From: an uncultured bacterium
GTDB lineage: Bacteria; Hydrothermota; Tepidihabitantia; Tepidihabitantales; Tepidihabitantaceae
Assembly: GCA_964412225.1 (NCBI GenBank)
Contig: CAYPNB010000004.1
Span: 16,170 to 80,169, forward strand
DNA: 64,000 nucleotides
Direction of reading: 5' to 3'
Shown: one piece after another, positions 47,401 through 55,901 of the stretch
How the letters are laid out: each line of letters opens with the position of its first letter
Numbering within the stretch: the stretch's first letter is position 1
The notes under the pieces: model-generated
What the model saw: only the letters and a program-made list of their open reading frames with translations
What the model was told of the DNA's origin: nothing
Databases searched by the model: none
Program-made: the position numbers and the translations under genes

Positions 47401-47550
47401 TTTAAAAGCCCTTGGACTTTTGGGGAATTATCTACCACATAATTTCGGTCTTTGGAAAGTTTTGGCAAGGTGGAAGATCGGATTTACGGCTCTGCCTTTC
47501 TTCCTCCAGAAATGATTAAGAAGAGCCGGCAGTTAAAAAAGGAGGAACAA

Positions 47551-48399
47551 ATGAGAAAAACGGTGGTGATAACCCTGGCAATCGTGATTGTGGCCGGGTT
47601 TACCGGGTGTAAAAAGCAGGATGTAGCGGCGGACAGGGCAGCGATTATGGCATTGGTGGAAAAGGACACCGTTCATTTTGCTACCGGTACCGCCCACGAT
47701 TCCACAAGCGGAAGCGGTTATTTCGCCGCCAGCGATACAATGGTATTGTGGTGGCGGGGTCCGCAGACGCACGACACCGCGGTGATTAACGTAGAGGTGC
47801 TGGGGGATTCCGCGGTGGTGAATTGGTCACGACGCAACTTTGGTGATTTTTACATTCTTGCCAAACCGCCGGATACCAGTTTGTTGCTCTGGACGAAGAA
47901 ACTGGCGGAAACGGCACGGATTGCCGCAATATTCAAGCGCGAAGGGAAGGAATCCGATGCCGACCGGGGCTGGCGTCTGAAGAAAATTTCCCTTGCCACC
48001 GCGACTTCCGATTCGGTGAATACGGTTCGGATTGACTCAGTAACGATTCACACATCGCTCCGGCATCTGGTGATAAAAAGCCCGCTTATCACCTTTTTCC
48101 CGGTTGATAGCCTGTTTTCATTCACACCGGGTGAACAGGTTACCGTTACACTATATACCAATGCGACCGAAGGGCTGGCTTTCCTGCACACCTTCATTCT
48201 TGCCTGGCCGTTCTATGTTCGGGTGCCTTTTAATTACCTGGGTGACGGGGTATTTCAGGGGACCTGGAATGCCCAGCTGGTGCCCTCGTTCCGTTTTGCC
48301 ATTTTTGACCTGATTACCAGGTCAACGGTTTATTCACCGGATGCGCCCTACGATTTTAACGGCTGGCTCTTCTGCTATCAGGTGAAAACCGCCGATTAG
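47551..48399 (+). CDS. Hypothetical lipoprotein.
   Basis: GGAGG RBS 5 nt before the ATG at 47551. MRKTVVITLAIVIVAGFTGC has a lipobox (AGFTG-C). Confidence 0.5.
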   Translation: MRKTVVITLAIVIVAGFTGCKKQDVAADRAAIMALVEKDTVHFATGTAHDSTSGSGYFAASDTMVLWWRGPQTHDTAVINVEVLGDSAVVNWSRRNFGDFYILAKPPDTSLLLWTKKLAETARIAAIFKREGKESDADRGWRLKKISLATATSDSVNTVRIDSVTIHTSLRHLVIKSPLITFFPVDSLFSFTPGEQVTVTLYTNATEGLAFLHTFILAWPFYVRVPFNYLGDGVFQGTWNAQLVPSFRFAIFDLITRSTVYSPDAPYDFNGWLFCYQVKTAD

Positions 48400-48889
48400 C
48401 CGGGATTTTCTCTGAATTATTAGCCACGGGGGAGGGAATTTCCCTCCCCAATTTTTTCAGCCGGCGTTGAATTGCCGGAATTAATTTCGCCGGGTCGGGA
48501 TAGCGCCGGCTTATTTTTTCAAAAGGGCAGATGTCGGTGTTTTGCCGGTTCCGAATTTCTGAAACGAGTCTTTGGTAGTAGCAGGGGATGCGGGCTTTTT
48601 TTAACAACCGGAGGGCAAATGCCGAAACCGTTAGCCCCAGAACCGCCTTTACTTTGAGATAAATGAAGACTCGGGCAGCACACCCACCAACAATTAGGTC
48701 AACCACTGTTGCCCCCTTAAGCCCGTCAGGGAAACGTTGGGTTAGTTCCAGAAGTGGACGGACCCCGGGAGCTGAGGATGTAAATAGAACCCGGTTTTTT
48801 CGGACCACAAGCAGGGAGAGCCCGCTGCTGACAAGGCGGTTAAATAACTTGCCGGCCGCTGTGGTGCTGGAAGGAGATGGCGTTTTCAT
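48356..48889 (-). CDS. Hypothetical protein, possibly DUF1893 (TM1506-like) family.
   Basis: 177 aa. The block LSLLVVRKNRVLFTSSAPGVRPLLEL is reminiscent of the DUF1893 N-terminus. Divergent from the hydrogenase cluster. Confidence 0.3.
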   Translation of the reverse strand: MKTPSPSSTTAAGKLFNRLVSSGLSLLVVRKNRVLFTSSAPGVRPLLELTQRFPDGLKGATVVDLIVGGCAARVFIYLKVKAVLGLTVSAFALRLLKKARIPCYYQRLVSEIRNRQNTDICPFEKISRRYPDPAKLIPAIQRRLKKLGREIPSPVANNSEKIPANRRFSPDSRRASR

Positions 48890-48943
48890 TAAGGTATTCT
48901 TACCGACTAAAATTCCAGGGTCAAGAAAGACAAATTTTCTCTT

Positions 48944-50008
48944 TTGATTTTTCTTGACAAGCGAAAGAAGAATTATAAATTAAATCCCTTGAGCGCGTAT
49001 TTCTTACCAGCAGAAAGACGTGAGAGTTGGCTTCGCCGTTTAGTGGAGAAATATAAACTATTCCTACCCGCAGCCGTTGACGAAAAGGTTCACTGGCAAC
49101 AGTTTAACCCCACGGAATTTAAGGTTGAAAACCTGGCGCTGAGCCGGATTCGTGCGGCCGAACCAATAAAGGCATTTCTGTTTTCACCCCGGGAACGGGT
49201 GGCGGGGTTTCCCGAATCAATGGAGCCTGTCGCTGCGGGACAGGCTCTTCTTTTTGGTGTTAAGGGGTGTGATTTACTAGGGCTGGCGGTGCATCAGAAG
49301 ATGTTTTTGGAAGGTGATTTCCCCGACCCCTTTTACGCCGAGCGGTTGAGAAACACGATCCTGGTTGCTGCTGATTGCCCGGCACCGGAGAAAAGTTGTT
49401 TCTGTAATCTCGTCGGGCGCACCCCTTATGTTACCGAAGGCGCAGATCTGAGTTTGAGTGTTCTGGACGACGGCTGGTTGATTCAGATATTTTCGGAGCG
49501 CGGTGCGGCTTTGGTTGATGAGGGAAAGGATGTTTTCCGTTCTGCCGTTGATGCTCAGGTGGCGAAACGCACCGCCCAGCGAGAGGCGGCGATGAAGGTT
49601 TTAGCCGAACAGAACGCCCGGGTATGGAACACCAATCTGCCCGCAGCAATTGCCGAGAAGACCCCGGACCATTCGTTCTGGGCAGATGCGGCAAAGGATT
49701 GTGTTGAGTGTTTTGGTTGTCTTTTAACCTGTCCCACCTGTTTTTGTTTTCTGCTGTATGACCAGACAAAAGGTGATAAAATGGAGCGTACAAAGGTGTG
49801 GGACGCCTGTTATATGGCGATGTATGCCCGGGTGGGTGGTGGTGCCAATCCCCGCCCGACTTTTATTCAGCGGTTCATCAACCGGTTCCACTGCAAGTTT
49901 ATGCATTTTAAAAACCAGCACGGGTTTTATGCCTGTTCAGGCTGCGGCCGCTGTTTCACCACCTGTATGGGCAAAATAGACATCAGAGAGATTTTGGGAA
50001 GATTATGA
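48944..50008 (+). CDS. Sulfhydrogenase beta / anaerobic sulfite reductase subunit A (HydB/AsrA)-like iron-sulfur subunit.
   Basis: 354 aa. LFGVKGCDLLGLAVHQKMF, DCPAPEKSCFCNLVG, CVECFGCLLTCPTCFC and CSGCGRCFTTC ferredoxin-like Cys clusters. The true start is probably downstream of 48980. Confidence 0.65.
   Translation: MIFLDKRKKNYKLNPLSAYFLPAERRESWLRRLVEKYKLFLPAAVDEKVHWQQFNPTEFKVENLALSRIRAAEPIKAFLFSPRERVAGFPESMEPVAAGQALLFGVKGCDLLGLAVHQKMFLEGDFPDPFYAERLRNTILVAADCPAPEKSCFCNLVGRTPYVTEGADLSLSVLDDGWLIQIFSERGAALVDEGKDVFRSAVDAQVAKRTAQREAAMKVLAEQNARVWNTNLPAAIAEKTPDHSFWADAAKDCVECFGCLLTCPTCFCFLLYDQTKGDKMERTKVWDACYMAMYARVGGGANPRPTFIQRFINRFHCKFMHFKNQHGFYACSGCGRCFTTCMGKIDIREILGRL
48954..48980 (+). promoter_or_regulatory. 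Near-consensus sigma70 promoter for the hydrogenase cluster, located inside the 5' end of the predicted first ORF.
   Basis: TTGACA at 48954-48959, a 15-nt spacer, then ATAAAT at 48975-48980 (TATAAAT context). This implies the TTG start at 48944 is too far upstream. Confidence 0.4.
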
Positions 50009-50820
50009 AGAACCCATACCAGCCAATTCCCGCCAAGATTCTGGATGTTATTGAAGAGACGCCGAATATCAGAACCTTTGTGTTGAAACCGGAAGCGGAG
50101 ATTCCTTTTCTTGCCGGGCAGTTTATTGAGTTGACGATACCGGGTTTCGGTGAGGCGCCATTTACCCCATCTTCTTCCCAGTTTGAGCGGGAAAAGATAG
50201 AGGTAACAATTATGAGGGTGGGCAGGGCAACGAGTGCACTGTTCACAAAGAAACCGGGTGACCTTCTGGGTATCCGTGGTCCCTATGGAATGCCGTACCC
50301 ATTAGATAAGTTTGTGGGCAGAGACATCTATATTGTCGGGGGTGGCGTCGGTCTGGCACCGTTGCGAGCGCTTTTTCTGGCTTTGATTCATGACATCAAA
50401 AAGTACGGGAAAATCTACCTCCGTTACGGAGCACGGACACCGAAGGACATCGTTTATAAGAAGCAATTAAAGGAATGGGAAAAAATCAAGGGAGTGGACA
50501 TTGACCTTTCGGTTGATAGTGCTGATGAGCCATGGGAGCGAAAGGTGGGGGTGGTTACCTGTTTGATGGACGAGATTCCCTGTGATGTGAAAAAGAGTGT
50601 GGCAGTTGTCTGTGGACCGCCGATAATGATGAAGTTTGTAAATAAAAAATTGCTGGAGGCGGGGTTTCCGGGGAGTTCCATCTACCTGTCAATGGAAATG
50701 AATATGTCCTGCGGTCTGGGACAGTGCGGGCATTGTCGGCTCGGCCCCTATTTTACCTGCAAGGATGGCCCGGTTTTAACCTGGGATCAGATAAAAGAGA
50801 TTGAGGAGCCTTTTCTGTGA
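50005..50820 (+). CDS. Sulfhydrogenase gamma / AsrB / PyrK-like FAD- and NAD(P)H-binding oxidoreductase subunit with a C-terminal [2Fe-2S] motif.
   Basis: 271 aa. FNR-like fold (RTFVLKP...GQFIELTIPG; IVGGGVGLAPLRAL). C-terminal CGLGQCGHCRLGPYFTC. Confidence 0.7.
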   Translation: MKNPYQPIPAKILDVIEETPNIRTFVLKPEAEIPFLAGQFIELTIPGFGEAPFTPSSSQFEREKIEVTIMRVGRATSALFTKKPGDLLGIRGPYGMPYPLDKFVGRDIYIVGGGVGLAPLRALFLALIHDIKKYGKIYLRYGARTPKDIVYKKQLKEWEKIKGVDIDLSVDSADEPWERKVGVVTCLMDEIPCDVKKSVAVVCGPPIMMKFVNKKLLEAGFPGSSIYLSMEMNMSCGLGQCGHCRLGPYFTCKDGPVLTWDQIKEIEEPFL

Positions 50821-52427
50821 GCGATATTAAACAGACCACCTGCGGATTCTGCCGGAACGGGTGTAAATTGGGGATAAGTTTTGACGGCTATCAGTATCGG
50901 ATTGAGTATCTGACCGATGTGGCACCGAATTACGGCCGACTCTGTCCCCGGGGCAATAGTACCAATATTGTAATTGACCATCCGAAGCGGCTTGCCTATC
51001 CTCTTCTGGATGGCAAGGAGATAACCTGGGATAGGGCATTTGCCGTTATCAACGAGTGGCGTTCCCAGGTCAGACCGGCGGAGATGGCGGTGGTCTACAG
51101 CCGGGGTTTGACAGAAGAAGAGGTGGGGAGTGTTTACGGACTGGCAGCAGGGCTGAAGACAGAAAATTTAGTTTGCGGCTATCTGGATTCAGACAACGCG
51201 TTTTTCTACCGGTTAGAAGGGGCGAAGTCGGCAACCCTTGAAGACATCACGGCGGCACGCACGATTTTACTCGCCGGGGATGTGTTCAGTACTTCGCCGG
51301 TGGCGGCAAAGGGGATAATAGAGGCTCGTTACGCCGATCGGCAGAGTCGTTTGGTTGTGATTGATTCAATAAAGACACAACAGGCGGGATTTGCCCATTT
51401 ATTCATTCAGCCAAGGGCGGGGACCGAAGATTTGGTTATTCTGGCGCTTGCGGCGTTGCTGGACCAGAAGTTAAAACTGGATATCGATGGTGTGGCGAAA
51501 TTCTGCGGTGTGGCAAGGAGTCAACTGGAGGAGGCGGCGAAGATTTTGCAGGGGGGCAGTAGAGGTTTTGTCGGTTGCGCGGCAACTACCGGCAGGGTGA
51601 GAGAACCGTTCTGGTACGCGCTTCTGGCGCAGCTCGTTGCCCTTAAGGCAAATATGCCATTTGCTGGTTTTGGTGAGGCGCTACTCCCACCCGGGAAACT
51701 CGGTTTTGGAAAGTTCAGAGAAGCGGTGGGACAGGGGAAAATCCGGATGGTTTTATGGTTCGGGGCGCTCCATCCTTATAGTTATCCAGAAATTTTTCCT
51801 GAGCTGAATAAGGTGGAGTTTCGGGTGGCGACGAGTATATTTAAACCTAAATGGACCATTCCGGGATTGGTTCTACCTGTTCCGGGTGATGCCGAAAAAG
51901 AGGGGATGGCGATGACCCTCTGGGGTAGTGTGGTCCGGAATGCGGTGACCAGACCGTTGAGCGGGACAAAGCCAATTGGTGAAATCGCCGGCCGTCTCGG
52001 AACGGCTGATGTCTCCGTGAAAATAAACTGGTCAGAGCAGGTGGAGCAGGAGTTTTTGTCCTCCAGGGTTGAAGGATTATTAAAGCGGCGGCTTAATCAG
52101 TCTTCTGAAAGTGAAGGTGCTGGTTGGTTATTGGTGGGAGAAAAACGGGCGATAGGGATCGCGGGATTTTTTGACCCCGAAGAAGAGCTAATTATGCATC
52201 CGGACGATGCCCGAAAACTGACTGTTTGTACCGGTGATATTGTCAGAGTAAAAAGTCGGAGTGCGGAAAATTCTTTCCGGGTTCAGATGTCGTCCATCGT
52301 CTCCCCGGGTGTGGTAAGCGTGGGTGTAAATCGGCATGAAAATCGGGCGCTGTTTTCGGTAGAGGTTGACGATGATTCACCGATCGTTAAAATTCCACCG
52401 ACCAAGGTTGAAATATGGCGAGCGTGA
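50817..52427 (+). CDS. Molybdopterin-oxidoreductase (MopB) family subunit, formate-dehydrogenase-like, unusually short (536 aa).
   Basis: N-terminal 4Fe-4S motif CGFCRNGCKLG...(26 aa)...LCPRG, i.e. C-x2-C-x3-C-xn-C. C-terminal Molydop_binding-like beta-barrel (LTVCTGDIVRVKSRSAENSFRVQMSSIVSPGVV). Confidence 0.6.
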   Translation: MSDIKQTTCGFCRNGCKLGISFDGYQYRIEYLTDVAPNYGRLCPRGNSTNIVIDHPKRLAYPLLDGKEITWDRAFAVINEWRSQVRPAEMAVVYSRGLTEEEVGSVYGLAAGLKTENLVCGYLDSDNAFFYRLEGAKSATLEDITAARTILLAGDVFSTSPVAAKGIIEARYADRQSRLVVIDSIKTQQAGFAHLFIQPRAGTEDLVILALAALLDQKLKLDIDGVAKFCGVARSQLEEAAKILQGGSRGFVGCAATTGRVREPFWYALLAQLVALKANMPFAGFGEALLPPGKLGFGKFREAVGQGKIRMVLWFGALHPYSYPEIFPELNKVEFRVATSIFKPKWTIPGLVLPVPGDAEKEGMAMTLWGSVVRNAVTRPLSGTKPIGEIAGRLGTADVSVKINWSEQVEQEFLSSRVEGLLKRRLNQSSESEGAGWLLVGEKRAIGIAGFFDPEEELIMHPDDARKLTVCTGDIVRVKSRSAENSFRVQMSSIVSPGVVSVGVNRHENRALFSVEVDDDSPIVKIPPTKVEIWRA

Positions 52428-52906
52428 AGGCAAAGAAAGAACAGAAAAGGTTGTTTCTCCGCCTGGACTATTGCATTGGCTGTCGGGCGTGCGAGGCGGC
52501 GTGTCGGAGCCGGTTTAAGGGCGAGGCGCGCATCCGTTATGCGCCGGTGACTGAGACCGCGCTTCTGCCTTTGCCCTGCCGGCATTGTGAGGAGCCGTTA
52601 TGCGTCGCGGCTTGTCCGTTCGGGGTAATCAAAAAAAACGAAGAAAAGGGAATTGTATATCAGTCCAGCGTTCATTGTGTCGGGTGTAAGTCCTGTATTT
52701 TTGCCTGTCCGTTTGGTGTTCTGGATAAAGAGCTTTTGCGTCGTATGGCGCAGAAGTGTTCTTTGTGTCAGGACCGGGAAGCCGGGCCGAGATGCGCTGC
52801 GACCTGTTCTACCGGGGCGCTTCAGTTTTTAACCGAGGATGAGGTGAAAGAACAGATGGTGGGTAAAAGAGTTGGGGCGAGGATGCCGTTCTGGAGGCGA
52901 GTATGA
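52415..52906 (+). CDS. HycB/FdhB-like 4x[4Fe-4S] ferredoxin subunit.
   Basis: 163 aa. CIGCRACEAAC, CRHCEEPLCVAACP, CVGCKSCIFACP and CSLCQD...CAATC. Confidence 0.75.
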   Translation: MASVKAKKEQKRLFLRLDYCIGCRACEAACRSRFKGEARIRYAPVTETALLPLPCRHCEEPLCVAACPFGVIKKNEEKGIVYQSSVHCVGCKSCIFACPFGVLDKELLRRMAQKCSLCQDREAGPRCAATCSTGALQFLTEDEVKEQMVGKRVGARMPFWRRV

Positions 52907-53859
52907 GTACCTGGTTTACTGGTTGGCGGCTAATTTTGGCTCTTTTCGGAATGCTGTTGATTGTTCCGGTTACCGGCTTGGTTTTAACCTGGGTGGACCG
53001 GTTGGTTTCGGCGCGGGTCCAGTGGCGCAAAGGGCCGCCGTTCTATCAACCTTTTGCCGACGTTCTCAAACTGCTTTTGAAACAGACTGTAGTTCCCCAA
53101 GGAGCGGCAAAGTCGGTTTTTCTAATTGCCCCGCTGGTCGGGCTGGCAGGAATGGTATTGGTGGGCCTTATAATCTTTCTCAGCAACTTCGGAGCTGTTG
53201 TTGCTCAGCGGAGTTCGTTTCTCGGGGATATTGTTGTATCGCTCTATCTCTTTGCCTTTGTTCCGTTGGCGTTTATTGTCGGAGCTTCTGCTTCGCGTAA
53301 CCCGATTGCCGCGGTGGGCGCATCCCGGGAGATGACACTTTATTTTGGCTACGAACTGCCGTTTCTACTGGCGCTGCTCGTGCCAATAGTAAAAGTGGCA
53401 AGGACATGGGATGTGGCGAGTGCCTTGCGATTGGGCGGATTGGTTGCCTATCAGGAGCAGTTCGGGCCATTTCTCTATTCAATTTCGGGTGTAATTGCGG
53501 GGATAATTATTCTTTTTACAATTCAGGCAAAATTGGGTTATGTGCCGTTTGATATTCCTGAGGCGGAGCAGGAGATAATGTCCGGGGTCCTGGTTGAATA
53601 TTCGGGAGCACCGTTAGCCGTGTTCCGGGTTACCCGGGCGATGATGCTTGTTCTTCTGCCGGTTTTTCTTATTACCGTTCTCTGGGGCGGCATTCGGGAT
53701 TGGTGGGCAATTCTTAAGTTTCTGGCGATATTGGTGCTGATTATTCTTATGAAAAATACCAATCCCAGGATGACGATCCACCAGGCGCTTACTTTTTTCT
53801 GGTTAATTTTTACTCCGTTGGGGATAGTGGGGTTAGTGCTGGCATTTATTGGTTTATGA
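52903..53859 (+). CDS. NuoH/HycD/EchB/MbhM-family membrane subunit of energy-converting hydrogenase.
   Basis: 318 aa, 8 predicted TM helices. RVQWRKGPPFYQPFADVLKLLLKQ is a NuoH-type motif. Confidence 0.8.
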   Translation: MSTWFTGWRLILALFGMLLIVPVTGLVLTWVDRLVSARVQWRKGPPFYQPFADVLKLLLKQTVVPQGAAKSVFLIAPLVGLAGMVLVGLIIFLSNFGAVVAQRSSFLGDIVVSLYLFAFVPLAFIVGASASRNPIAAVGASREMTLYFGYELPFLLALLVPIVKVARTWDVASALRLGGLVAYQEQFGPFLYSISGVIAGIIILFTIQAKLGYVPFDIPEAEQEIMSGVLVEYSGAPLAVFRVTRAMMLVLLPVFLITVLWGGIRDWWAILKFLAILVLIILMKNTNPRMTIHQALTFFWLIFTPLGIVGLVLAFIGL

Positions 53860-54272
53860 AAGACTTGAGACTCTGGGGTTTAAAGAAGTCGCCATGGGTT
53901 TACCATGTGGCGGCGGCGTCCTGTAATAACTGTGACATTGAGATTCTGGAACTTTTGACGCCTCGTTATGATGTGGAACGGTTTGGCATTGTGCTTGTTG
54001 GTTCACCCCGGCATGCGGATGCACTCTTGGTTACCGGCGTGATTAACCGTAAGTCACTGCCGAGGGTTCTGGAAGTGTACGAGCAGACACCGAAACCCTG
54101 TTTAGTTATTGCGATCGGGACCTGCACGTGTAATAACCATATCTTTCGCAACTCCTATAATGTGGTCGGTCCCTATGACCGACATATCCCGGTTCATGCC
54201 TACATTCCTGGTTGTCCTCCAAAACCTGAGGCAATGATAATGGGTGTGGTAAAGGCGTTAAGTAAGTTATGA
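53856..54272 (+). CDS. [NiFe]-hydrogenase small subunit, NuoB-like (HycG/EchC/MbhJ-type).
   Basis: 138 aa. CNNCDIE, GTCTCNN and PGCPP give four Cys for the proximal [4Fe-4S]. Confidence 0.85.
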   Translation: MKDLRLWGLKKSPWVYHVAAASCNNCDIEILELLTPRYDVERFGIVLVGSPRHADALLVTGVINRKSLPRVLEVYEQTPKPCLVIAIGTCTCNNHIFRNSYNVVGPYDRHIPVHAYIPGCPPKPEAMIMGVVKALSKL

Positions 54273-54721
54273 GCGAATCATTGGCGTTGTTTAAAGAGCG
54301 TTTTCCGGAGGTAATTGTATTTGAGAAGAATCCCCGGCGTCTTTATCTGACAATTCCCCGGGAGCGGTTAACCGCAGCAGCAAAGTTTCTCCACGAGGAA
54401 CTGGGTATGAGACTTTCTATCTGTACCGGCATTGATACCCGGGATGGCTTTGAGGTGCTTTACCATTTTTCCGAAGACAGAACCGGTATTATCTACACCC
54501 TGAAGGTAATCGCCCCCAAGGATGACCCAAAAGTTGAAGCGCTTGGTTCATGGTTTCCGGCCGCACAATGGATTGAGCGAGAAATGCACGAACTTTTAGG
54601 AGTAGATTTTATTGGTCATCCCAATCTGGTGCCCCTTTTAACTTCGGATACCGATTGGGAACCAGGCCGTTATCCGTTACGCCGGGATTACGAAGAAAGG
54701 GATGAGGCCCATGGGCGGTGA
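54269..54721 (+). CDS. NuoC-like subunit (EchD/MbhK/HycE N-terminal-domain-type).
   Basis: 150 aa. The FPAAQWIEREMHELLGVDFIGHPNL motif is typical of NuoC/30-kDa subunits. Confidence 0.8.
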   Translation: MSESLALFKERFPEVIVFEKNPRRLYLTIPRERLTAAAKFLHEELGMRLSICTGIDTRDGFEVLYHFSEDRTGIIYTLKVIAPKDDPKVEALGSWFPAAQWIEREMHELLGVDFIGHPNLVPLLTSDTDWEPGRYPLRRDYEERDEAHGR

Positions 54722-55901
54722 AGACAAGACACGGCGGATAGTGCCGATTGGTCCTTATCATCCACTTCAGGAAGAGCCGGAATTCTTCAAACTTATTGTT
54801 GAAGGCGAAACGGTAGTTGACCTGGAGATTCATCTTGGTTACAACCATCGGGGGCACGAGTTTATTTCACCGGAGTTGACTTATGACCAAGTGCCATTTT
54901 TAGTTGAGCGGATTTGTGGCATATGTTCTAATTCCCACCCACTGGCGGCGGTTCTGGCAATTGAGGACTGTGCGGGAATTAAACCTCCGCCGCGAGCAAA
55001 CTACATCAGAAGTATTATCCATGAACTGGAGCGAATACACTCCCATCTTCTCTGGGTTGGACTCGCCGGTCATTTTATTGGCTATAATACCGTCTGGATG
55101 TGGGCGTGGCGGTATCGGGAGCATGTTCTGGAAATTTTTGAGATGATTACCGGCAACCGGAATCATTACGGTGCCAATAAGCCCGGTGGTGTCCGCTGGG
55201 ATATAAAACCGGAACAGGTTTCTCAGATTGAGGCGGCTCTGGATGTGGTGGAAAAAAAGACGCTGATGTTAACTAAAGCGGTGCTGGACGATCCTGTTAT
55301 CAGGGCAAGGTTAGAGGGGGTAGGGGTTTTGACAAAAGAGCAGGCGATCGCCTGGTCAGTTGTTGGTCCTACCGCCCGGGCTTCTGGAGTGGACATTGAT
55401 GTCCGGAGAGACGACCCTCACGCCGCTTATGACCAGATACCATGGAATGTGATTGTTCTTCCTGAGGGCGATGTTTTTGCCAAGGCTAAAGTAAGGTTAC
55501 TGGAGATTTTTGAGTCGGCAAAGATTATTCGTGAATGTCTGAAAAATCTGCCTGACGGTCCGATTGAGACCAGGATTGACGAAATTCCACCGGGAGAAGG
55601 AATTGGTCGGACTGAGGCGCCCCGGGGCGAGGTTTTTCATTATATCCGGTCTGACGGTTCTAATCGTCCATTGCGGCACAAAATTCGCGCGCCGAGTTAT
55701 ATGAATATCGCGTCCAATGTGGTAGCAGTTCGGGGTGGTTCCATCGCGGATGCGGCACTTACTTTGGCGGCGGTTGACCCCTGTTATTGCTGTACCGAGA
55801 GAATGGCGGCTTTTGAGGATGGTAAAATAAGGTTTTCCGGTAAGGAACTTTTACAACTCTCCTGGGAGAAAACGGAAAGGTTGAGGGCGAGGTTCAAATG
55901 A
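54702..55901 (+). CDS. Group 4 [NiFe]-hydrogenase large catalytic subunit (NuoD-like; EchE/MbhL/HycE-type).
   Basis: 399 aa. N-terminal L1 motif RICGICSNSH and C-terminal L2 motif DPCYCCTER are both present, giving the four Ni-Fe ligating cysteines. Complex I NuoD lacks these. Confidence 0.85.
   Translation: MRPMGGEDKTRRIVPIGPYHPLQEEPEFFKLIVEGETVVDLEIHLGYNHRGHEFISPELTYDQVPFLVERICGICSNSHPLAAVLAIEDCAGIKPPPRANYIRSIIHELERIHSHLLWVGLAGHFIGYNTVWMWAWRYREHVLEIFEMITGNRNHYGANKPGGVRWDIKPEQVSQIEAALDVVEKKTLMLTKAVLDDPVIRARLEGVGVLTKEQAIAWSVVGPTARASGVDIDVRRDDPHAAYDQIPWNVIVLPEGDVFAKAKVRLLEIFESAKIIRECLKNLPDGPIETRIDEIPPGEGIGRTEAPRGEVFHYIRSDGSNRPLRHKIRAPSYMNIASNVVAVRGGSIADAALTLAAVDPCYCCTERMAAFEDGKIRFSGKELLQLSWEKTERLRARFK

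Noticed and set aside
50817-52427. Calling the MopB protein a definite formate dehydrogenase (fdhF).
   Set aside because: It is ~180 aa shorter than FdhF, and I could not verify the Mo-ligand residues. It is annotated only to family level.
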